Positions 9,762 through 22,052 of a stretch of 35,318 bases of DNA are shown here, piece by piece. Positions within the stretch are counted from its first letter, which is position 1, and each line of letters opens with the position of its first letter. A program made the position numbers and the translations under genes. Under the pieces are notes generated by a model. It saw only the letters and a program-made list of their open reading frames with translations. It did not search any database and was not told the origin of the DNA. Source of the DNA: Saprolegnia diclina VS20 (Eukaryota); the NCBI RefSeq assembly GCF_000281045.1, contig NW_008246073.1:630595-665912 (forward strand), read 5' to 3'.

Positions 9762-10817
9762 CTACAACAACAAGGGCGTGGACCCGGACCGCGTCCAGGA
9801 CCCATAGCGCATGTACGGGTGCTCGAGAAGCGTGTCGGCCGTCGGCCGCGCGGCCGCGTCGACGACGAGCATGTCCTGTACAAAGAGGCGGAGCGCGCGC
9901 GACACGTGGCGGTACGCGTGCCCGTCGAGCGTCGCTGCGATCGCGCGTCGACGGGGGCAATAGCTCATGCGCGGCGGCGTGTCCGCGATCAGAATGTGCA
10001 GCAGGACGCCGAGGCTGTAAATGTCTGCAGGCGTACCGTACGGGCGCCGGAGCTTGACCTCGGGCGCCATAAAGTCTTCGGTGCCCGACCGGTCGTGCAA
10101 CGGACCAAGAAAAATGCGCTCGGCGAGGCCAAAGTCTGCGAGCTTGGCCGACTCCAGATCATCTGGGTGCAGGAGCAGGACATTGGCGGGCTTGATGTCG
10201 CGATGCACAACGCCGTTCGCATGGCAATGTTGCAGCGCTCGAAGAAGGCCGCTTGCAAGTGCGTGAATCTCACGTTCGTGCAGCCGTCGCTGACGCATTC
10301 GGTCGGCAAGCGAGCCGCCGGGGACGTACTCGAGGCAGATGCGGACCGAGGGTCCGTGCACAAAGCACTCGTACGCGCGGACAACATTGTCGTGGTGGAG
10401 GCGCTTCAAGAGCGTGTACTCCTTCATGGCCTCGCGCCTCTCTGCGAGCGAGAGGTTGTCCATGATCTTAACGGCGACGGGTCGCCGGGACGACCGGTGC
10501 GTCGCCAGCACAACCGTGCCAAAGCTGCCTTTGCCGACGACAGCGCCGAGCTCGTAGGAATCGTGTATCGTGTATGACTTCTCGCACGGGGCCGGCGGCG
10601 GCGGAACGACGTAGGCAGGTCGGTCGCTCTCGGTGTCGAGGGTGCTTTGGTCGCCCGTCGACCCGACGAGCGTCGGCTTTGTCACCTCTCTGTACGGCGC
10701 CGCGGCGGGGCGCCGCCGCCGGTGCATTGTCGGGTGCGCCGCATACGCAAGCACTGTGACGCCTGCGACGACAGCTAGCCACGGCGTCGCGGCGAGGAGC
10801 CAGCCCACTGCCTTCAT
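9762..10817 (-). CDS. CAMK-like Ser/Thr protein kinase with N-terminal hydrophobic segment
   Basis: 351-aa intronless ORF with GKGSFG, VAVK, HRDIKPAN, DFG, APE and DIYSLG all intact. Confidence 0.9.
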   Translation of the reverse strand: MKAVGWLLAATPWLAVVAGVTVLAYAAHPTMHRRRRPAAAPYREVTKPTLVGSTGDQSTLDTESDRPAYVVPPPPAPCEKSYTIHDSYELGAVVGKGSFGTVVLATHRSSRRPVAVKIMDNLSLAERREAMKEYTLLKRLHHDNVVRAYECFVHGPSVRICLEYVPGGSLADRMRQRRLHEREIHALASGLLRALQHCHANGVVHRDIKPANVLLLHPDDLESAKLADFGLAERIFLGPLHDRSGTEDFMAPEVKLRRPYGTPADIYSLGVLLHILIADTPPRMSYCPRRRAIAATLDGHAYRHVSRALRLFVQDMLVVDAAARPTADTLLEHPYMRYGSWTRSGSTPLLL

Positions 10818-11129
10818 CCTGTGTCCGAGCTAGTCACTTGGTCAATGACGGCGCTCTGCAGATGAGCACAGTTGCCACGAACCCACCCGGTTGACGATCG
10901 ACCTGATCGGAATTTCGCCGCAGAGTCCACGCGCACTGTATCGCGCGTATGCGTGTATGATGGACGCACCCATCCGCGGCGATGACCGCTGCGCCGCCGC
11001 CTTGAGCGCAAGGACGCGCGCCGGCCGCGCGGCCAGCGTATCTTTGGCGTGCTTCGCCGGTATCTCCGGATAGCGCCGGATAACCGAGTGGCACGACCAA
11101 CCGAACAAACCGAATTGCACGCGTCAAAA

Positions 11130-11395
11130 ATGGGCAAGTCGTGCCGGGACATGGCGGAGCAGCTCCGCGACTGCATGTTCGAGATGGAGTGCATGAGCGA
11201 CGGCAAGCGAACGCTCAAGACGTGCCTCAAGCTCGACGAGTACAAGCACGAGTGCAAGGTAAACCAATGGCAACGACCATGGGCTCATCATGCGCACGCT
11301 AGGAATACCGCTACGCGTACTTTGAGTGCAAGCGTGGCCAGATCGACATGCGCCAGCGCATCCGCGGGCCCAAGGGCGGCGCGTCGCAGGACTAA
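11130..11395 (+). CDS. COA5: Cytochrome c oxidase assembly factor PET191/COA5
   Basis: MGKSCRDMAEQLRDCMFEMECM..LKTCL..ECK, intron 11259..11302, then EYRYAYFECKRGQIDMRQRIRG. This gives the twin-Cys pattern and the CKRGQxDMRxRxRG signature. Confidence 0.9.
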
Positions 11396-11434
11396 CGTGC
11401 ATTGACAGCGATAGAATAGAGACCGTGCCTTTGG

Positions 11435-14341
11435 TTAAATAAGCGCCCGTTCCTCGGACGTCTGCGAGCTCGACTGCTTCGTCTCGCGCGCGTCCTCCAG
11501 CAACGCTCTCTCGACGCGGTCGAGGTTCGAGAAGATCTGCTCTCGTAGCGTCGCCTCGTCATGGAACACATCCACTTGGTTGGCCGGCGCCGTCAGCCGC
11601 CGTCCGGCCGGCGCCACTGCGATGGCCTCGGTGGTCATCGGCTTGACGGCCTCGGTCGGCGCAACAGTGTCGGCTTGTTGGATCACCGTGTACCGTCGCT
11701 TGTGGTGGCGAATCGATCCGTCGAGGTCGGTGACCATGAGGTCGCCTGCAACCCTGGTCGCCGACGGCACTTCATCGACGCGCTGCATCGCCTGCCCACG
11801 GCTGGGCAGCATCGTATGGCGCGTCACCGCTTTCGGGTAGCGAGTTGACGCTGGCGTTTCTTGCGTCGCCGTTGTCATGAGGCGCACGGCCTTTGTGAGT
11901 TTCTCAATCGACTGCTCCATCTTGTTGATGCGGGACGTGACGTCGTGGAGGCATGTGGTCGCGTCATATAGCATTCGCAGCGCAGCTTTGTCCGTGCCCA
12001 TGCCATGGCGGTCGCCTGTCGAGTGCTGGGGCAGATGGGTCGGACGGTGCACGGAAGGTGCGGCGACAGGGGCCGCCGCGGGCCGGTGGCTCGTGGTCTT
12101 GGCCATATCGGGCTTGACCGCGTCGTTCTTGTACTTCTCCATGATGAGCGACTCGAGCTTTTGGCGGTCGTCCTTGTGGCGCGCAATGATTTGGCGAAAC
12201 CCTGTCCGGTGCAAGACGCAGAGCACACAAAACGTCTTGGCGCGCACACACGCCGTGCGCCGGCAGTCCATGAGCAGCGCGATTTCGCCAAAGTAGTCGC
12301 CGACCGTGATGAGCTTGATCACGCGCTTGTCTCGACACGGCGGGTTGGCTTCGATGAGCACTTCGCACTCGCCGCGCTGCACGAAAAACATTTCAAAGCC
12401 GGTCTCGCCAATGTTGATGATAAAGTCCTCGGGCATGTAGACACGCGTCTCGAGCTGGAGCACGATCTCCTGGACGACTTCGGGACTGCACTCTTGCATG
12501 AGGGGTACACTGCGGATCATTTTCTAGTCGCATTCCAAAATATATAAATGAAAAAGCGGGGAATCTACCGCGTTCAAGTAGAGCATGATTTCGCGCTGGA
12601 GGTTGGTCGAGAGCTCCGACACAAATGGCGCCGACCGGCCATCCAATGTGTGGTACTGCTGCCAGAGGTACGTGTAGTAGAGGTGCACGCGCTGCTGGAC
12701 TTCCTGTGGCAGCCCGAGGTGCTGCATCGACTCGTATACGTCCTCCATCTTTTCGCGGTACTTGGTTGAATTTGCGTAGAGACTCGAGACGACGATCGCA
12801 ACGTCACCGTAAACAGTCGCCATGGCCACCGAGCCCGCGATCGACACAAACGTGAGGAAGATCATTTCGTTGAGCGACGTCGGCAGAATGTCTTGGCCAA
12901 GGAGCGCCATCATGCAGTTGTAGTAGCATCGGGCGTACGTGTAGTGGAGGCTCGTCGGGTCAAAGTGGAGGTCGCCCCACCCGCCTGGCGCAGACGCGAT
13001 CGCGTACCAGATACAGGCGCAGATGTGGTCCATGTACATCACAATCAGAATCAAGCGCACGAGACGCGTGAGGACCGACCCGGTCGAGAACTCGAGCCAC
13101 CACCAGAGCGGACCGTCCGTCTTGAGCGCCTTGGCCAGTCGAAGAATCCCAAGCACGCGCGGAATGCGTGCGGCTTTGAGGAGCACCGCGTCCTGGACAT
13201 CGGCCATGCGTATGTGCAGTAGCGTCTCAATCCAGTCGATGGGAATCGCCGCCAGCAGATCCAAAAGCAGCCAACCTACATGGCATGAACAGTAGAAATA
13301 TCACATGTCGGGCATCTTACTTGACGCATAGTGGCACGCGATGCGGGACCGCGATCGAACGAGATACTTGTCCTTGGCCGAAATGCTGCTCGAGTACTTG
13401 AGCGTGAGCGTGCGCTGCTCGTCCCGCGGGTCGTGCTCGTAGTAGGCAATGTTGAAGGTGACGAGCACGTCAAGCGCAAACAAGACATCGACAACGTAAT
13501 GGAAGGTCTGCCACGGCGTGCCGCGCAGATCCGGGCCGATTCCGATCGTGAAGGGAATGTACACGGCTTCGTACAAGAGCAGCAAGAGGATGAGCGAGTG
13601 CCACGCCTTGAGTAGCGCAGCGCCTGGATGGATGACGTCCCACAAGGCCGCGTTTGAGAACGAAGGGCTTGTCGAGCGCCGCCGAAAGCTCGGACGCTTT
13701 GTCTGCCGCAAGTTGAATATGCCGATCATCTCTTGATGCGCTTTCATTTCTTCGGAGCGGCGAATGAGCGACTGTCGACGGCCAATCTGCAGCGTCAGGC
13801 TGCCACGACCGAGAAACACCGAGCTCGCGCGCTTCCAACGCTTGCTCTTGAGCGAGTCGCCGACTGTCGGCTGGAGCGACTTGCGGCTCGCAAGGTGCCA
13901 AAGCCGCCGCTCAGTGTTCTTGGACTTCAACTTGACTTGGGTCACGCGATCGCGGACCGTTAACGCCCGGCGAAGGGTCTGCGTTGGCATGTCGGGAAGC
14001 ATGGGGCCGTCAATCGTGCGGCGCGGGGCCATGGGAAGCACGCGCTGGCTCTTGTAGAAGCCGGAGAGGCGAGCCATCGACGAGCCCGACGAAAGGCCGG
14101 CTTGCGCAAAGCCAGACAACCGGGCGCTGAACGACGGTCGATGCGGCATGGACGCGTACCGTGATTGGTCGTCACGGTCGCTCCCGGTCAGCGGCTTTCG
14201 GCTCGAAAGCATTCGCGGCAAAATCCGAGTGTCCGTTACCGTAGATAACGCTTTTGGCGCGTGCACGATCGAGGCTCCTGACTACAGACGAAAGAGACCC
14301 AAATACCTTCGTAGCACCTTGGCTTTTTGCTCGGGAGCCAT
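11435..14341 (-). CDS. Six-TM cyclic-nucleotide-binding-domain ion channel (CNG/HCN/EAG superfamily)
   Basis: S1-S6 helices, a basic S4 (KAARIPRVLGILRLAK) and HICACIWY. C-linker YREKMEDV..LPQEVQQRVHLYY and CNBD GDYFGEIALLMDCRRTACVRA. The start at 14341 is inferred through a short first intron. Confidence 0.88.
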
Positions 14342-14695
14342 AACCACTAACAGCCACAGTGTGCAACACAATGCAAATCGCGATCTGGCATACCAACGCT
14401 GTAAACTCGTCAAACACAACTTCGCAAGGGCCACTACAGTCACTCAAGTGTCCTTCTCAAGTACTAGTACATCTGTTGGAGTCAAAAGTAAACACAGTGA
14501 AGCAATTGTATCTGAGTAAATAGCTAGTATCGTTGAGCCTCGTCAAGCCGATGCACACACTCGGAATGCCAGAACGCAATCATTCCTGTGGATGCAGGCG
14601 AAATGGCGTGCCACGTAATCGAGACCCGATTGGTCCATTACCTCGCTGTTTTACACCAATGGCCGTGGGTGTTGCATTTCAGAGTTTGACGCAGG

Positions 14696-17187
14696 ATGCA
14701 GTTCCGCGATCTGGCCGCCGTCTTCCGGCGCATCGAGGCAAGAGCCATTGGCCTCTGCACGTGCCAGCTCACGCACCGCGTAGGCCAAGAACTCGCGCGA
14801 CGCCAGCATTACCGAGCTAGCGGCGACCTTCCGTGCGCTGCGCGCTTCGCACCCGGCGCAGCTGCCCCGAGCTTTGTACCTCGCGACGTCACAGGTGTGA
14901 GGCTCTTCCGCATTAGCGTGCCCATAGAAGTTGCTTCCTCCACGTGTAGCTGGCACCGACACATGCCGGCGTGGAGCTCCGGTTCCGCGACAAATCGTTC
15001 GCGCCAGTCCTCACCGCGGCGTTTGCCTGTGCGCCATGTCGACGGACGCGTCACGCTTACTACTCTCCATCGTAGCGCCGACTAAGGCGCTAAGTCAAGA
15101 CGACGTTTTCACCTTGTACAAGCAGACAGGTTTGGTAGAACGCAGTCCAGCAGATCCTCATCGCCCTTGGTAGGCGACTATGGCACGGCCGTCGACGAGC
15201 TCTTGGTCAGCGCGCGCTTCGACTTGCACGAAGATAGCGCGAGTGCGCCCATGACCATCGACTCTGTCTTCGAGTACATCTTGACTCTCTCGATGGATGT
15301 GTCACTCAAGATCTAGGCAATTGACGCTCTTGTCCACTCAAGTCGGGAAAGGCTCAACCGCGCGCAAGCAGGTAGCATCGCCGACGCGCAAAACACGCCC
15401 ACTGACTTGTGCGTAGGAGATCGCGACGGCGCTTTTGCGGCAATGTGGGTACGGCCATGTGACGTGGCATGTATTCGACCACCCGAATCTGTGCTCAGGA
15501 CGCAAGACGAAGCGACGTTTCTCGTTCGCCTCTTGGCTGTGCGCACCGCCTGCAAGAGAAGCGAGGTTTCCTCATGCATGGACTTAGCATCAAAACCTGC
15601 GCATCGGCGTTGGCGTCAAGACGGCACTCGCGGCGCTGGCCGACGCTTACGTCGCAACTGGCGACGACACGGACGACCGAAAAGCTGCAACCAAAGAGTG
15701 GCTGGCGGCGGTCGTCACGGCCTACTCGCAGCGCCCTAGCTTTGACGACCTCGTTGCCATCATCGACGACTGTTCGGCGAGCGATTCGCTACATGACATG
15801 TGCGTTTGCGTCCGCACGCATGCTTCGCCTGTCCCGGGCACACCGCTCCAGACGATGCTCGGGTACCCGGCCGCCTCGCTCGCCGAGGTTTTACTGCCAT
15901 CTTCGCTTCCTCAAGTCTCACAAAGGGGTAGATTGTCGAGCGCATGGCCAAACTCCCAAATGCGATGGCGGCGTGCGAGTTCAAGTACGACGGCGCGCGG
16001 CTGCAGGTGCACATCGCAGCGAACGGCGACATGGCCATCTTTAGCCGCAACATGGAGCGCATTCCGAGCGAGCACAAGTACCTGCGCACGCTGCGCCGCT
16101 CGTTGCGACTGGCGTCCGGCGTCTCGTCGCTGATTCTCGAAGGCGAGATGGTCGCGATCGACAGCAGCACTGGCAAGCTCCAGCCGTTCCAGACGCTGCA
16201 GACAAAGGACGCCGAAGACATGTGCTTCTTTGCCTTTGATTGCCTCTACCACAACGGCACGTCGCTCGTGCAGGTACGTGGCGAGATACTTGCGAGCGGA
16301 AACGACGTAATCTAGGCGCCTCTGGAAGACCGCCGGTCGCTTCTCCACCAGTCGCTTGTGCCGCAGCCTGGCAGCGTCGAGTTTGTCAAGGCGTACGATG
16401 TGAATATGGCGACGCCGTCGGCCATCGCGGACGTTCGGCGCGTGCTGCAAGACGCCATTGACGCCGACTGCGAAGGGCTCATGGTCAAGTCGCTCGGCGA
16501 AAGCTACAAGGCGGGCGCCCGCACGCACACGTGGCTCAAAGTCAAGGGCGATTACCTCTCGGGTGACGACGCGGGCGGTGGCAGCGCCGGCATCTTCTTG
16601 CCCGACTCGCTCGACCTCGTGCCGATTGCGGCGTACCACGGAAAAGGCCGGCGCGCCAACGTCTACGGCTCGTTCCTCCTCGCATGCTTCAACCCTTCCC
16701 TCGGGACTTTCGAGGTGCATTAACCCATCATCATTTACTCACAGCCTGTTGTACTATGATAGACGGTCGGCAAGGTGGGCTCGGGCTTCACCGATGCGCA
16801 ACTCGCCGAGATCTCGGACCGCCTGCGACCGACCACCCTCGTCAACAAGCGTACGTGGTTGTGAACAACTTGAACAAGGTGGCGACGGTCTGTGTAGCGA
16901 CCGCGTATCGCGCGAGTGAGCTGAAGTCGGTGCAGCCCGACGTATGGATCCCGCCCAATGACGTCTGGGAGATCCGCGCCGCGCAGCTCACGCAGTCCAG
17001 CCGATACCTCGCCGGAGCGCAGGAGGGCGCCAAGGGCCTCGGTGTCCGCTTCCCCCGGTTTTTACGCCCGCGCCCCGACAAGCGCCCCGAAAACGCCACC
17101 ACGAGTGACCAGCTCGTCGAACTCTACGAAGCCTCCGTGTCATCAAGTCGCTCCGCAACCCCCGACGACGCTGAGTCTTTGACGTAA
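14696..17187 (+). CDS. LIG1: ATP-dependent DNA ligase, ligase I-like
   Basis: Motif I EFKYDGARLQVH, then ILEGEMVA, FAFDCLY, EGLMVK, WLKVKGDYL, LDLVPIAAYHGKGRR, VGSGFTD and the C-terminal RFPRFLRPRPDKRPENATT. Multi-exon. Orthology to the replicative LIG1 is not established. Confidence 0.85.
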
Positions 17188-17410
17188 CATTCGGCAAACA
17201 AAGCACCGCGTTTACCCAAGTCAAAAGGGCTTGCGGTCCCATGATTCGTAGTTGCACGTTGGTGCTACGTTGTCGCATCCACGAACGGTCTTGGTGTACG
17301 TACTCGCCCCATGCTCGGCTCGTTCAAGTGTCTTTACATATGAAATTCACAAGACTAGTATCTAGTCACAACTCTCTAACATTCTTCCATTTACGGGCTT
17401 GGACTATCGA

Positions 17411-19702
17411 CTAATGAGGTGCGCTTTCGTAACTACTTCGGAGGCGCCTGCAGACGTCGGCGGCCGTCGGGCGGTCGCGCGGTGCATAACTTAGACACTC
17501 TGCAATCAGCTGCGTCCACGCCGGCGGCACATCGTCGCCCAGTGTGTGTGGCGGCACGCGCGGCGTTCCTGGTGCCATGTACATGTCGTAGACGTAGCCG
17601 TCGGCCGCGACGGGCCCGACAGCGTGGAGCAGCGGAGCATACGGTCGTTGCCGAGTGAGCACTTCGCCCAAGATGACGCCCAGCGCATAGATGGCCGCGG
17701 CTTCGTTGTCCATATCGTCTCGTCGCGACTCGGTCGTCAGCCGTTGGGACGCGATTTCAGGCGCCAAAAACGCGAGGCGGCCGGTGCCAAATGACAGCTG
17801 CACGGACGTCGCGTCGAGGTCGTCAAGACACGTGACGATGTTGAGCTTGCACGTGAGGGCTTCGTTGACAAGGATCCGGTCGGTGCTCCAGACGTCAAAA
17901 GCCGCGCCGAGGACAAAGCCCGTGGCTTGGAGGTACGCGACGCCGTCGGCGATCTCGAGGCACATGCGCTGCGCTTGGTGCGGCGTCAGCGGCGACCGCT
18001 CGACGTGCAAGAACGACGAGAGCGTCCCGTGCTCCATGTGTTCAAAGACCGCGCAGAGCGAGATGCCCGAGAGCTTGGACGCGCCGAGAAGCTCAACGAC
18101 GTGTTCGTGCTTGAGGAGCGAGAGCGCCGCGACACGCTGCACAAAGCGCTTGGCCACGTCCGGGCGGTCGCGGTGGTCGAGGCGCCGAATCATGACGCGC
18201 TCGCCGTCAAAGCTGCCCGAGAGACCGCCGGGGATCGGGCACGCCGACCGCGACAGCCGCAGCTCGTCCTGTGACAAGAGGCGATAGCATCGGTCCGACT
18301 CGGTGTGGAACGGCGTCGAGTCTTCGCCAATCTCGGTGAGCGGCGAAATGAGGTCGCCGGGCTTGAGCGTATCGGTCGCGACCATCATGGGCGTGTTGTG
18401 CGACAGGAAAAGGTGGTTGTCGTCCACGTTCGTCATGTACGCGGGGTGGTCGAGGTCTTCTAGCACCGAGTCCGCATCGTCCTTGGCGTTACGCTGACGG
18501 ATGATGATCATGGCAATGATGACCGCGAGGCCGGCGCCGCCGACACCGGCAAGCAGCGCCATCTGCCAGCTCGAGACGGACGACGACGACGACGATGTCG
18601 CCGGTACAACGTCGCGCGCCGCCGACGACGTGAGCCCGGGCGTTCCGGATGCGACGGCCGCGTCCGGGCCCTTGCCGTCTAATGTGATGAGCATCGCATT
18701 GTACTTGGCGAGCTGCGCGGTGGTGAGCGCAAAGGGCTCGATGGGGTTCCCCGTCAAGTCACTACGACACAAAAAGTCGTTGATTCGAGTCGATGATTGC
18801 CAGGACTGTGTACATGGTGACAGTCGAGGTGGGTAGGTCGAGGAGCTGCAGTGGGAATTGCTTGAGGTTGTTGTTATGCAGGTCGCTACCCAAACGTCTG
18901 AGCTAGTACAAGCGCACGTCCATGCAGCGTACATCTTTGTGATCTTGGTGAGCGCGGCGACGTTGAGCGTAGGAAGGACGCTGAGGCCACAGCCTGTGAT
19001 TTGCCTGCAGTACGTAGAGTGAGTGCAGGAAGGCGTCCGAGGTGACGTACAAGTGCGTCAAATTTGCAAAGCGTGAAAAGTCCAATGTCGACGACGGCAG
19101 CGTGCACTTGGTGAGAATGCTAGCACATAGACATTAGCACCGACAGACGCGTCCGTCGTCGTCGTACAGGGTGGTGAGCGGTAGCGCGTCGGCCACCGTA
19201 GCAGGTCCCAGTGTAAGCGACTCGAGCGTCCTAGCACCAACAGCATGACGTGAGCTGGCGACACGATCGACCATCAATTACGCACAGGGAGACGAGGCCC
19301 TTGACGTTGGCGATGCTGTCCAAGCCAAAAGTCGAGAGGCCGGACGCTGACGCGCTGATTTTGCTACACAAGCATGAGCTCTCTATTTCGTTGCTCGAGC
19401 ACTGGACCGTACAGGTTCTTGACATCGTTCACCGGGTCTACGTCCTTGAACGCACCAAAGCTCGTGATGCTGGCCGTGATGGACGTGGACGCGGGCGCAT
19501 TCGAGGACGTGATTTCTGGTGTTAGCGCCGTCGTCACAATGACATTCATCGTTGGGCGCATGAGCGCGCATTGGGCCGGCTCGCACGCAATGCACCACGT
19601 GGCGCCCGCTTGGTTGAGCATGCCCGAGCAGGCGGCGGTCGCTCGGACGGCGGCAATGGCGGCGGCGACGAGCCAGCACGCCGCATTCGGGAAGGACGCC
19701 AT
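17411..19702 (-). CDS. Receptor-like TKL pseudokinase 1 (signal peptide, short LRR-like ectodomain, TM)
   Basis: Signal peptide MASFPNAACWLVAAAIAAVRATA, LRR-like pieces (..DLTGNPI) and TM LLAGVGGAGLAVIIAMIII. Kinase fold with APE, IYALGVILGE and RDRPTA, but no HRD or DFG. Confidence 0.8.
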
Positions 19703-20188
19703 CCGTGACAATGGTCAAGTCGGTCGCGTGTCGGGCAGCGCGCCACCTGCTGCAAACATCCAGCGCATCCATCTATAATGTTTCCATAGTGAAACGTCGA
19801 TTCGAACCAGTTACTTACTCTGTTCGTCAAAGCCAGCTGCTGCTGGGAGAGGTCCACTGCATGACACAGCGATCGGTCGCCGAGCTGCGAGCATAGCACT
19901 ATACACGCAACATCCGCAGTCGACCTTTGAAGAATAAGATCGTATAGCGCCGGCGCTCGGACGCTTCCTCATTTACAGGACGTTTCGATCCCCGTTCCTA
20001 GACATGCAGTCGACTTGACCATGTCGTGAGCATGGCACCGACTTGCATGACAAGCTGTGTTCTGGCCAACCCGCCTGTATATCAAACTACATGCACCGAT
20101 GGCTCTTTGCCTGGAGCTCCTCGAGCTACACGAACCATTGTATGTGATGGCAAAGACAAAGCTGGCGCCGTCGACGGCTCATAGGTAA

Positions 20189-22052
20189 TTACTCTTTCAT
20201 GCCACCAAACTCGCCGGCGACGGTGCTTGCCGTCGGTCGCTTGGCCGGGTTGACGTCCAAGCACGCAAAGACGACCGATTGGAAGAAGCTCGGGCACGCG
20301 GCGAGCGTCGGGTCTTCTTCGTACGCGCGCGCGTGCAGCCACGTCTTCGTCGGGCGCGACCCCATGGCGATCTCGCAGCAAATGACGCCAAACGCATACA
20401 TATCAGCAGCGTCGGTTCGGTGGCTTTGCTCGCTCAGCACCTGCGCCACGCCGAATATGATACACGAGCTCATCGAATGTTGTGCATACCTCGGGGGCTT
20501 CCCAGGGCATGCCGCGCCACGCAAACCCATCGTCGTCGTCGTCCGACTCGTCGACGCTCATGTCGACGTAGTCCAAAATGTTGAGTTTGCACTTGCGGTC
20601 GGCGTCGAGGAGGACGCGGCTGCTCGTGAGGCAGACAGCGCGCGGCCAGACTGCGTGCGCATGGGCAAATTCGAGGCCCGCAGCGATCTGGTAGCAGAGC
20701 CGGAGCTTCTCGGGCCACAGGAGCGGGTGCGAGAGAAGCACGTTGGCGAGGGTTCCGCCGGGCATCGCTTCGACAAGCGTCGACACTTCGCCGTTCTCGG
20801 TCGTGTTGGCCACGATCGAGAGCACTCGCTGCACGTGCGGGTGGCGCCAACCGGCGAGCTCCTTCACGGACGTGATGTACCGCGACCGCTTCTCGTCGGA
20901 AGGCGACCCGAGGCGCTGGACGACGACGGGCGACCCGTCAAGCGTGCCACTCCAAATGCGCCGGCGCGACGGTAGCGGCGCAATGCACTCGACGGCCACA
21001 GTAGGTAGCTCGTCCGGACCCAGCGACGACGGGTGGCTGAGCGGTCGGCGCTCTTCGACGCGGCTGAGGCGAATGCCGGGGCTAATCTGCGGTTTGTAGT
21101 CGGTCAGTCCAAAGTGCGACCCGGACGCTGACGCTGGACTCAGCGGCTCGTCGGACGCGAGCGGTATCGTGTGGTCGATGTGCGTCTTTCGTGCCCGCTG
21201 CAGTCGTCGCACCCCAAACACACAGAGCGCGATGAGCACGGCGGCGCCAAGGACGACTCCGATGATGAGACCTGTGTTGCTACTGCTATCGTTTTCACTG
21301 GTAGGCGCGGGTGTCGGCGCTGACGTCGTCGTTGGTAGCAGTGTCGGAGCCAGCGTTGGCGCGGGCGTCGGTTCGGGAATGCTGCACGTCGGCGTTGGCG
21401 TCGAGCAGTTGCACACGATCGCTGCGCCCTGGGTGCCCACGACTTGGTTGTTTTGGATGGCGGCGTTGAGGTTGAGGCATACGCTGGGCGTCAAGGATGG
21501 TATCGGCTCTTCGAACCGATTGTTCTCAAAGGTGTAGGTGACGGGCGACGTCGACGAGATCGAGTTGCGGAAGAGACTGATGGGAAAGGATGTCATGAGG
21601 TTGCTTTTGAACGTCAAGCTGTCCAGCATGTGGTCCAGCGGCGCCGCTGCGTCAAAGTCGATGTGTAGCTTGGTCAGTTGCCTACGCATGGCACCATTAT
21701 AACATCGCGCAGGACGAGGCTTGGCGTACAGTGTTGCGATCTGCGCGCAGCTCGTCCACACCGAGACGTTGTAGAGGGTCGTGTTGGCCATCGGCGTCGC
21801 TGCGGCCGAGGCGGTTGCGTTGTAGATGCCCCACGCGTCGAGGCCAGGCGCCTGCGCAAACCACGCGCAGCTCGTTGCGTTGCCCGTGCCACAGCACGCG
21901 CGCATCGCGTCCGGGGCCTGCGAGATGCGCGCGCCCGCACAGAGCGTCTTGAAGGCAGCGACCTCGGTCGATCTCGACCTCGCCCAGCTCGCCCAGCCGG
22001 CCGCGATCGAGTTGTCGGGCGTCGTCGGCGCTGGCGCCGTCGTCCGCTGCAT
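20189..22052 (-). CDS. Receptor-like TKL pseudokinase 2
   Basis: LRR-like LTFKSNLMTSFP / YTFENNRF, a Pro/Thr stalk and TM LIIGVVLGAAVLIALCVFGV. Kinase fold with WEAPE, intron 20489..20441, then DMYAFGVI and KRPTA. Confidence 0.82.

Noticed and set aside
9690..10577. 295-aa plus-strand ORF
   Set aside because: Antisense shadow of the kinase, expected from GC-rich codon bias; no motifs.
15911..16720. 269-aa minus-strand ORF
   Set aside because: Antisense to DNA ligase exons.
18578..18598. (GAC)n trinucleotide run
   Set aside because: It encodes the poly-Ser stalk of pseudokinase 1 and is not an independent repeat.
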